Shown piece after piece: positions 29,142 to 36,936 of a stretch of 64,000 nt of DNA. The DNA lies in assembly GCA_963666275.2 (NCBI GenBank), contig CAXXOA010000002.1:1600001-1664000 (forward strand), in the 5' to 3' direction. Each line of letters begins with the position of its first letter. The first letter of the stretch is position 1. The notes beneath the pieces were generated by a model that saw only the letters and a program-made list of their open reading frames with translations, ran no database searches and was not told the origin of the DNA. This DNA is from Oceanispirochaeta sp. (lineage in GTDB: Bacteria > Spirochaetota > Spirochaetia > DSM-2461). Made by a program: the position numbers and the translations under genes.

Positions 29142-29822
29142 CTAATTGGTGACAAGATCGCTAAGCTGGTCGAGAAGGGCATGGATTTCATGTACCGAGT
29201 CAACAATTCCGCTGGCATTTTCTCTTTTTAAGGCTTTTTCCAGTTCATTCAGGGCTTTGTCCACTTCATCAGCCAGAGCGGATACGCCGGAAATGGGCGA
29301 ATATTGTTCGATAATCTCTTCCCAGAATTCTTCGATCTCCTCGAGTTCGTCCCCGGCGCCGTCCCATTCTCCTTCTTCCAGGACTTCTTCTTTCAGTTCG
29401 TCAAACTGACGGTCCAGAAAATTGAGTAAAGGGGGCGTTCTGTAACTGAAGGAATCCATCAGCTTGAAGAGGTTCATGGAAATTTCAATCCGGGCTTCTT
29501 CGTACTCTTCACTGTCCGGTTTCTTCTGTTTCAGAGCATCTGCATACTCTTCCAGATCACTCAGCAGGGTTTTCAGCATGTTTCCGGCACCTGCTGAATT
29601 GATTTCACCGGCAATTTCCTCCAGTTTGGTCTGCATTTCGTCTATGCTTTCAAGAGCTTCATCGAACTCGCCTTCATCATGGGATTCTTCAATGGTGCGG
29701 ATGTTCTCTGATATGTATCTGAGACTGCGGGGCGGGCGTGGTTTCGAGCCGGACTGCGCATTGAGGGGAATGGCAGTAACAAAGAAAAATAAAAGAAAAG
29801 TTGTGAGTGTATTGTTTACCAT
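29142..29822 (-). CDS. Secreted acidic all-alpha hypothetical protein
   Basis: Signal peptide ending LNA-Q; Glu/Asp-rich amphipathic helices. Confidence 0.7.
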   Translation of the reverse strand: MVNNTLTTFLLFFFVTAIPLNAQSGSKPRPPRSLRYISENIRTIEESHDEGEFDEALESIDEMQTKLEEIAGEINSAGAGNMLKTLLSDLEEYADALKQKKPDSEEYEEARIEISMNLFKLMDSFSYRTPPLLNFLDRQFDELKEEVLEEGEWDGAGDELEEIEEFWEEIIEQYSPISGVSALADEVDKALNELEKALKRENASGIVDSVHEIHALLDQLSDLVTN

Positions 29823-30208
29823 AAAAATTAATTATTGTTTACTCCATAAATGAATTCAAGAAAATTTATGGTTATAGATAAATTTATGTATTATAGCGGG
29901 TTAATATAGTTTGTGATTTTTGGTGATTGATTTTAAAAGTAGCCTTGAAAGATCGTTCTCTGCCTGAATTTTCCTCAGGTCCGGGAGGGCCCCGGCGGCA
30001 CCTGTTCTGTGGGATCCTTCCCACTCCTGAGAGCAGGATAAACGGGCTGTTGTCTGTGAAGGCCGTTCCTCTGTTCAAAGCTCTGTATAAAAGATTTTTA
30101 TCCCGGGGGGATGCTAAAAAATGCTTCCTGTGTAATGATAGTCATACCATAGTGAAACTGTATAGAATGATGATCAACATATGCCTGAAACCGAAAGGAT
30201 TATGACAG

Positions 30209-32419
30209 ATGTCCAGTAAATCAAAAAGGGTGCTGAAAAAAGAACTTGATCATTTCCCCATGAGATGGTTCATCCTTATTCTCTGCATAACATCTTTTAT
30301 GCTAATCCTGCTGGGAGATTTTTTCTGGAATTCCTACACCGAGTGGAAAGGGGCTTCATATAAAGTGATCCGTCTTCAGAAACTTATGGGAGATATCCGG
30401 ACCACCGATGAGATCCTCACTATGTCGGCCAGGATGGCCGCGTCTTCCGGTAATCTTGACTGGGAACAGCGCTATCTGAAGTACGAGCCCAGTCTGGATT
30501 ATGCCATCAAAGAGGCAATGCGGATTCTTCCTGACCCCGGGCTGAGAGAAGCTGTCTCCAAAACAGACGAAGCCAATTCGGCCCTGGTGGCAATGGAAAT
30601 GGAATCCTTTGAACTGCTGCATAATAACCGTCAGAAAGAGGCTGAAGCCCTGCTGTCCGGAAAAGAGTACGAAAGGCAGAAGCTCCTCTATCAGGAGGGG
30701 ATTCAGGAAGCCCTGAAGTATATGGAGGCGTATATTGAGAAGGCTGTGGCAGATCAGCAGAACCGGGCCCTTATCTCGCTCCTTTCTGTCGCCATTGTCT
30801 TTCTTCTCTCTCTGACTGCCTGGGTCTATATTCTGAAATACACCCTTTTATACCTTCATCAGCGTCAGAAGGCGGAGACTGATCTACGCCGGTCCGGGGA
30901 GTTCCTGGACAGTATCATCGAAAATCTTCCTGTTGCGGTATTTATTAAAAGCGCCGAAGACCTTCGGATCCTCAGAGTCAATAAAGCCGGAGAAGAGCTT
31001 CTCAATCTGCCCCGGGAGCAGATCCTGCACAAGTACGACAGAGATCTCTACGGAAAAAAAGTTGCGGAAAAATTCCTGAAAGAGGATCTTAAGGTTCTGA
31101 AAAGCAGAGCTCTGCTTGAGATCCCCGAGGTCAGGATGCATCTGGAACAGCGGGAAGAGAAGATCCTGCATATCAGAAAAATGCCCCTTCTCGACAGGGA
31201 GGGAAAGACCGAATACCTGCTCTGTCTTTCTGTGGATATCACAGAAACCCGGAGGGTGGAGGCTGAATTGAAGAGCATTGAAAAGGAGAGGATGAAAGCT
31301 CAGAAGCTGGAATCCATAGGCACCCTGGCGGGAGGAATCGCCCATGATTTTAACAATATGCTCCAGGGGCTCTTCGGCTATCTGTCTCTGGCGAAACTGA
31401 AGAAAGATGATCCTGCGGAGTGTGAAGCCATGCTGGATCAGGCGGAAGGTGTCCTGAGAAAGACTGTGGGACTGACAAACCAGCTCCTTACTTTTTCCAA
31501 GGGAGGGGCTCCGCTGAAGAGTACTCTTTCCCTCCTGCCGCTTATAGAACATGCGGCGGAGTTTGCTTTAAGCGGTTCCCCCTCAGACTTTGCGGTAGAG
31601 GCTGAAACCTCTCTGAAGCCTGTTGTGGGGGACGCCAATCAGATCCGGCAGGTTCTTCAGAATATTGTGCTGAACGCTGATCACTCCATGCCCGGAGGGG
31701 GGACTGTCAGTATCCATGTCAGGAACTTTCCTGTCAGCGAAAAAGATCTTCCCGAAGACCTTGAGTCGGGAGATTATGTGGAGATCTCAATCACCGACAG
31801 GGGCAGGGGGATTTCTCCTGAGATCCTGAACAGAATCTTTGATCCCTACTTTTCTACAAGCCCGAAAAACAGCGGTCTGGGTCTGGCTACGGCCTATTCG
31901 ATTGTTCAGAAACACAACGGCACGATCCAGGTTTCATCAGAGGTCGGAAAAGGGAGCACATTCCGCATTTATCTTCCTTCCCTGTCGGGGCACCAGGATC
32001 CGCGGAGTCCCGGGAGAACTGCCGACTCGGTTCCGGGAAAGAGACGCATCCTTGTTATGGATGATGAAGAGATGATTCGGGAACTGGCAAAGGAGTTCAT
32101 TATGGCTCTGGGGCACCGGGTGGATGTGTCGGAAAACGGTGATAAAGCGGTAGAGCTCTACACAGAAGCTATGGGAGAGAAGGACCCTTATGACATTGTC
32201 ATTCTGGATCTGACAATCCGGGCAGGTAAGGGCGGCCGGGAAACATTAAAAGATCTCTATCAGATTGATCCGGATGTCAGGGCTGTTGTATCCAGCGGTT
32301 ATTCGGATGATTCGGCCATCGCCAGCTACAGGGAACAGGGCTTTAAAGCGGTGCTGAACAAGCCCTACAACTTTGATAAGCTCAGAGAGACTCTCAATGC
32401 CCTTCTGGAAGGTTTCTGA
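30209..32419 (+). CDS. Hybrid histidine kinase (periplasmic helical sensor, PAS, HisKA, HATPase, REC)
   Basis: GTLAGGIAHDFNNML, SGLGL, receiver MDDE/ILDLTI/KPY. Confidence 0.9.
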   Translation: MSSKSKRVLKKELDHFPMRWFILILCITSFMLILLGDFFWNSYTEWKGASYKVIRLQKLMGDIRTTDEILTMSARMAASSGNLDWEQRYLKYEPSLDYAIKEAMRILPDPGLREAVSKTDEANSALVAMEMESFELLHNNRQKEAEALLSGKEYERQKLLYQEGIQEALKYMEAYIEKAVADQQNRALISLLSVAIVFLLSLTAWVYILKYTLLYLHQRQKAETDLRRSGEFLDSIIENLPVAVFIKSAEDLRILRVNKAGEELLNLPREQILHKYDRDLYGKKVAEKFLKEDLKVLKSRALLEIPEVRMHLEQREEKILHIRKMPLLDREGKTEYLLCLSVDITETRRVEAELKSIEKERMKAQKLESIGTLAGGIAHDFNNMLQGLFGYLSLAKLKKDDPAECEAMLDQAEGVLRKTVGLTNQLLTFSKGGAPLKSTLSLLPLIEHAAEFALSGSPSDFAVEAETSLKPVVGDANQIRQVLQNIVLNADHSMPGGGTVSIHVRNFPVSEKDLPEDLESGDYVEISITDRGRGISPEILNRIFDPYFSTSPKNSGLGLATAYSIVQKHNGTIQVSSEVGKGSTFRIYLPSLSGHQDPRSPGRTADSVPGKRRILVMDDEEMIRELAKEFIMALGHRVDVSENGDKAVELYTEAMGEKDPYDIVILDLTIRAGKGGRETLKDLYQIDPDVRAVVSSGYSDDSAIASYREQGFKAVLNKPYNFDKLRETLNALLEGF

Positions 32420-32433
32420 GTTCAGCAGCCGGT

Positions 32434-32952
32434 TTATTTTCCGGATTTTTTTCTTCCGGGCAGAACCGCATACTTCAGGCTCCCCCGGGGACAGGACGCG
32501 ACGCACTCCAGGCAGCGGGAACAGCTGAAAGCGTCTCCGGAGGACTGTTTGTCCTGTTTATACAGGCTGTAGCTGTCATTCAGGCTTGAAATATAGCAGT
32601 TCTTGTCACAGATCCCGCAGGATGTGCAGGTTTCACTGTCTTTCTGAATCCCGAAAAGACTGAACCTGTTGAAGAATCCACCCGCCCAGGCAATGGGACA
32701 GCCCATTTTATGATACTGATACATCTGAGAGGCTTCGGAACCCTTCTTGTCTCCTCCCATCATAATTTCCATAAAAAAACCGATAGGACAGATCCAGCGG
32801 CAGAACACTTTGCCCAGGAGGATTCCCAGTACAGCGCCGCCGAGGATTATATAGATCAGGGAGATCTGAAAGTAGGTCGCTCCCAAATAGAGTCCCGCTC
32901 CGGCGGCGGCCTGAATAATGCGGCGTTTGGCGATAATTTTCTTTGTATTCAT
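32434..32952 (-). CDS. Membrane-bound 4Fe-4S binding protein (short NapH/polyferredoxin-like)
   Basis: FCRWICP, GCP, CTSCGICDKNC, CSRCLECVASCP; two TM helices. Confidence 0.85.
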   Translation of the reverse strand: MNTKKIIAKRRIIQAAAGAGLYLGATYFQISLIYIILGGAVLGILLGKVFCRWICPIGFFMEIMMGGDKKGSEASQMYQYHKMGCPIAWAGGFFNRFSLFGIQKDSETCTSCGICDKNCYISSLNDSYSLYKQDKQSSGDAFSCSRCLECVASCPRGSLKYAVLPGRKKSGK

Positions 32953-32990
32953 TTGTAGATATATATGATTAATAGTATCTATATGTCAAG

Positions 32991-33019
32991 AAAAAAGCCC
33001 TTCCCTTGTTGGGAAGAGC
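32991..33019 (-). terminator. Rho-independent terminator after pyrH
   Basis: Minus strand GCTCTTCCC-aacaa-GGGAAGGGC followed by T6. Confidence 0.7.
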
Positions 33020-33041
33020 CCTATGAAGGGATCATCCGGAT

Positions 33042-33737
33042 TTATTCCGGACCGATGACTGTTCCCTCAAAATCGGATTCATCAAAAATTTTCCTGAGAT
33101 TTTCAAGATTTTTCCCGTCTGCAGCGATGACTCTGAGCTTCAGTTCCTTCGCTTTTCTGGTAGCAACAGGATCAAAAGGGGTATTCTTTCCGGGAGTCCA
33201 TGTGTCACCGCACATGACCTGGTATTCGGACCAGCTTATCCTGTCGAGAGGTTTCGCTTCCGGATCCAGATTCGGATCGGCGGTATAAACCTTTTTGATG
33301 TTGGAGAGATTAAGGATGGTGTGAGCCTGAAAAGTCTCCGCCAGCAGGGTGGCAATGTAGTCTGTGGACCAGCCGGGTTTCCATCCGGCGGCTACCAGAA
33401 CCCGTCCCTTCATGGCGCTTACAGTCGTGGGGTCGGTAACAACAGGATCCTGGCAGAGATCCCCCATGACCGCTTTCATAAGCTGTGAGTTCAGCCTTGT
33501 GGCCTGGATCCCGATCCAGTCAAGTTCTTCATCGGAAGGACTGGATTCAGTCTCCCTGTAAGCTGTCTGGTACTTTCTGGCCGGTGCACCTCCGCCAATG
33601 ATCAGAATGATTTTTCTTTCAGAGTCTTCCTCCAGCCAGGAAGTGAGAAAATCCCGCATATTTTTCAGAAAATCCGGGTCGATTTTCTCGGGAGCCACGA
33701 TTGAGCCTCCCAGATCCAGAATCTGTATTTTTTCCAT
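33042..33737 (-). CDS. pyrH: UMP kinase, archaeal/spirochete type
   Basis: LGGS, IGGGAPARKYQ, DWIGIQATRLN, GWKPGWSTD, VYTADP, PFDPVA. Confidence 0.9.
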   Translation of the reverse strand: MEKIQILDLGGSIVAPEKIDPDFLKNMRDFLTSWLEEDSERKIILIIGGGAPARKYQTAYRETESSPSDEELDWIGIQATRLNSQLMKAVMGDLCQDPVVTDPTTVSAMKGRVLVAAGWKPGWSTDYIATLLAETFQAHTILNLSNIKKVYTADPNLDPEAKPLDRISWSEYQVMCGDTWTPGKNTPFDPVATRKAKELKLRVIAADGKNLENLRKIFDESDFEGTVIGPE

Positions 33738-33857
33738 ACCATAGCCCCCTTAGACCAAACGCACACATTCTATCGTTTCCCTTCCGGATTTGACAAGTCC
33801 CGCGCCGGGGGAATTTGCCTTGACAGTGCACCGTCTGATCGGGGTATAGTACTCACT

Positions 33858-34532
33858 ATGAAAAGAATTGTGATGGTTACACTGCTGTTACTCTCAGCAG
33901 GACTTTATACACTGGCCGCTCAGGAAACAGCGGAAAGATTTTTTGATGGAATTTCTGAATATTACGGCTCTATAACAGACTATGAAGGGGATCTTGTCAT
34001 TTCCAGGGGAGATCTTGTACAGAGAGCCCGTATTTCCTACAAAACACCCAATATGCTCCGTCTGGATTTTACCGATCCGGAAGGGCAGGTTATGGTTGTC
34101 AATAACGAGAAACTGGAACTCTACCTTCCCGACTACAGGGTTTCCTTTGTTCAGCCCATCGGCAATCACAGCGATTCGGCTCTGGCAAATATGGCCAACT
34201 CACAGGGACTGACTCTTATGAAAGCCAATTACAGTATCGGATATGTTTCCGGTCCCGCTCCGGTTCCTCTGGAGGAAGGCTCTCTTGAGGTGGTTACCAA
34301 GCTGAAGCTGAACTGGCGGTCCACAAGCGAAGGGTTCCGGGAACTGACCCTCAGCATAGGGGAAAACAACCTGATCCGCAGGATTGAGGGGCTGACAACA
34401 GGAATGGAAACTGTTGTTTTTGATTTTGTAAACCTTGAAGTCAATAAGGGTATTCCCGATGCCCGGTTTGATTATAAGAGTCCTCCCGAAGGAAATACCA
34501 TTGAAAATTTTCTATTTGAACCGGAAAACTGA
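33858..34532 (+). CDS. lolA: Outer-membrane lipoprotein carrier LolA family
   Basis: Signal peptide, YKTPNMLRLDFTDPEGQVMV, IPDARFDYKSP; precedes rodZ-rimO. Confidence 0.8.
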   Translation: MKRIVMVTLLLLSAGLYTLAAQETAERFFDGISEYYGSITDYEGDLVISRGDLVQRARISYKTPNMLRLDFTDPEGQVMVVNNEKLELYLPDYRVSFVQPIGNHSDSALANMANSQGLTLMKANYSIGYVSGPAPVPLEEGSLEVVTKLKLNWRSTSEGFRELTLSIGENNLIRRIEGLTTGMETVVFDFVNLEVNKGIPDARFDYKSPPEGNTIENFLFEPEN

Positions 34533-34538
34533 GTTAGT

Positions 34539-35612
34539 ATGAAGTCCATAGGCGAAACATTAAAAGAAGCTAGAGAAGCAAAAGGCGCAACCATTCAGCA
34601 GATCGCGCTGGATCTCAATATTTCTAAAGAGTATCTGATCGGTCTGGAGGAAGAGCAGTTTGAAATCTTTCCTGCCGAAACCTATCTTCTCGGATTTCTG
34701 AGGAATTATTCTGACTACCTTGGTCTGGATGTAGACAAGACCATAAGCCTTTATAAAAACTATAAAATCAGTGAAGAACCAGCTCCTCTGGAGGAGCTGG
34801 TGGGACAGCAGAAACAGCCTGTGAGAATTCCCGGAAAGCTGATCCTTATAGTCCTGCTGCTGGCTGTTCTGGCCGGAGCGGTATGGTTCGGGATCCAGTT
34901 CTTTGCTCCCCGGTTTCAGGAGAGCCAGACGGCCGTGGAAATTTACACTCCCCTTGACTACAGTCTGGATCAGACTTCAGCGGAATGGCAGCTCCACGAA
35001 GGCGACAGAATCCTTGTTCCCTATCAGGACGGTGAAGTCGTTATGACAGTCGCTCTGGAGGAGAACCGCTGCCGGATTGAAATTTCCGATCTGCCCGCCG
35101 AGGACATCAATCTTTTTCCCGGAGACGAGAAAATCCTTCCCGGGGGAGACGGAATCCCGGTGATCCGGCTGAAACTGATTGCCCTGGATGAGTCTGGTGC
35201 CCGGCTCTACGCGGAACGGACCGATGTGGCCGCTCCCGAAGTATCCGAAGCGGTATCAAATACACTCCCTGTGAATCCGGAAATGGTGGAAGAAGCCGAG
35301 AGTGTGCTTCTTGCCGGTCTGGACAGACCTGAAGATTTTACTTTGAATGCCCAGTTTAATAACTACTGCCTTTTCCGCTACCAGGTGGACGGAGATGCGG
35401 CTGTGGAAAAGTACTATAATGAAGGTGACCGTATCCGCCTGGATGCCCGCCAGCAGCTGATGATCTGGGGATCCAGCGGCGGTGCTGTTTCTCTGACCAT
35501 TTCCGGGGTGACTATTGATCCCGGTAAATCCGGAGAAGTCCTTGTCAAATTTATTAAATGGATGGAAAACGATGAAGGAAAATATGACCTCGTCCTCTTC
35601 CCGGTCCAGTAA
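34539..35612 (+). CDS. rodZ: RodZ-like cytoskeleton protein (HTH, TM, periplasmic domain)
   Basis: IGETLKEARE, YLLGFLRNYSDYLGLD, single TM. Confidence 0.8.
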   Translation: MKSIGETLKEAREAKGATIQQIALDLNISKEYLIGLEEEQFEIFPAETYLLGFLRNYSDYLGLDVDKTISLYKNYKISEEPAPLEELVGQQKQPVRIPGKLILIVLLLAVLAGAVWFGIQFFAPRFQESQTAVEIYTPLDYSLDQTSAEWQLHEGDRILVPYQDGEVVMTVALEENRCRIEISDLPAEDINLFPGDEKILPGGDGIPVIRLKLIALDESGARLYAERTDVAAPEVSEAVSNTLPVNPEMVEEAESVLLAGLDRPEDFTLNAQFNNYCLFRYQVDGDAAVEKYYNEGDRIRLDARQQLMIWGSSGGAVSLTISGVTIDPGKSGEVLVKFIKWMENDEGKYDLVLFPVQ

Positions 35613-36936
35613 ATCATTTTATGTAGAGAATCTCGGCTGTTCAAAAAATCAGGTTGATGCGGAAACAATTATCTCAGCACTGAAAAAAGCCGGCTGGTCC
35701 TACTGTGAGACTCCCGAAAGGGCCGAACTTATTATTGTGAATACCTGCGGATTTATTCAGTCTGCCAAAGAGGAATCTATACAGACGATCTTTGATTTCA
35801 GACAGGCCTATCCGGACAGAAAAGTTCTGGCTGCAGGCTGTTTTGCCCAGCGCTACAATAAAGATCTTCTCGAGATGATCCCTGAACTGGATGGGGTTTT
35901 CGGAAACAGGGCTCCTGCTCTTATCCCGGGAATCCTGGATGGTGTAATGGCCGGAGACAAACCGGTTTACATGCCCGAACCCGATCTGTATCAGCCCGAA
36001 AGGGAGGATTTCTTTTCTTTCAAAGGCTCTGCTTTTGTAAAAATCGGCGAGGGCTGCAACAACAGGTGCAAGTTCTGCGCCATACCTCTGATCAAGGGGG
36101 ATCTTCAGAGCCGGACAATGGATTCGATTCTGGAGGAGATCCGGAATCTCCTGTCTCAGGGCATTTTTGAACTGAATCTTGTGGCCCAGGATCTGGCGGG
36201 ATTCGGTACCGACAGGGGCGAGAGGGAACTGCCGGAGCTTCTGAAAAGGATCTCTGCTCTGGAAGGTCAATTCTGGCTCAGACTGCTGTATATTCATCCC
36301 GATCACTTCCCCATGGAAATCCTGCCTATCATGAAAAAGGACCCCAGGATTCTTCCGTATTTTGATATTCCCTTTCAGCACGCAGATCCTGCTATTCTGC
36401 GGAAAATGGGACGCCGGGGAGACAGGGAAACCTATCTGAACCTGATTAAAACCCTGAGGGATGAGTTTCCCCAGGGAGTCATTCGGTCTTCTATTATGAC
36501 AGGATTCCCCGGGGAAACGAAAAAAACTTTTGCCGAACTGGAAAGGTTTCTCATCGAAGCCCGTCTGGACTGGGCCGGATTTTTCCTCTACTCCCGGGAA
36601 GAGGGAACCGAGGCGTACAATTACAGAGGCGCCCTGGGGACAAAACTGGCAGCCCGGCGCTCGGAAAGACAGAAGGAAAAACTGGAAACCCTCCAGATGC
36701 AGATTTCCGAAGAACGGATGGACCGGTTTGTGGGGGAGGAACTTCTTCTGATTGTGGAAGAAGAAGTTCAGGAAGAACCTCTCTACCTGACAAGAGCCTA
36801 TATGCAGGCTCCCGAAGTGGACGGTCTGGTTGTTCTCAGGGCCGAGAATCTGGAACCCGGCAGGATTGTCCGGGGAAAGATCATCAGAAGAAACTCTCTG
36901 GATCTGGAAGCTGTTCTGGCAGGCCCGGTCGAATGA
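35584..36936 (+). CDS. rimO: Ribosomal protein S12 methylthiotransferase RimO
   Basis: LGCSKN, NTCGFI, CNNRCKFC, RLLYIHP, QAPEVDG; ATG 35584 chosen as start. Confidence 0.9.
   Translation: MTSSSSRSSKSFYVENLGCSKNQVDAETIISALKKAGWSYCETPERAELIIVNTCGFIQSAKEESIQTIFDFRQAYPDRKVLAAGCFAQRYNKDLLEMIPELDGVFGNRAPALIPGILDGVMAGDKPVYMPEPDLYQPEREDFFSFKGSAFVKIGEGCNNRCKFCAIPLIKGDLQSRTMDSILEEIRNLLSQGIFELNLVAQDLAGFGTDRGERELPELLKRISALEGQFWLRLLYIHPDHFPMEILPIMKKDPRILPYFDIPFQHADPAILRKMGRRGDRETYLNLIKTLRDEFPQGVIRSSIMTGFPGETKKTFAELERFLIEARLDWAGFFLYSREEGTEAYNYRGALGTKLAARRSERQKEKLETLQMQISEERMDRFVGEELLLIVEEEVQEEPLYLTRAYMQAPEVDGLVVLRAENLEPGRIVRGKIIRRNSLDLEAVLAGPVE

Noticed and set aside
29975..29999. TCAGGTCCGGGAGG resembles the SRP (4.5S) RNA helix 8 motif
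   Set aside because: The required downstream AGCAG is absent (sequence continues GCCCCGG) and no long enclosing helix is seen
29927..30205. 92-aa ORF ending just before the hybrid kinase
   Set aside because: No SD, no recognisable motif, and it spans probable promoter sequence
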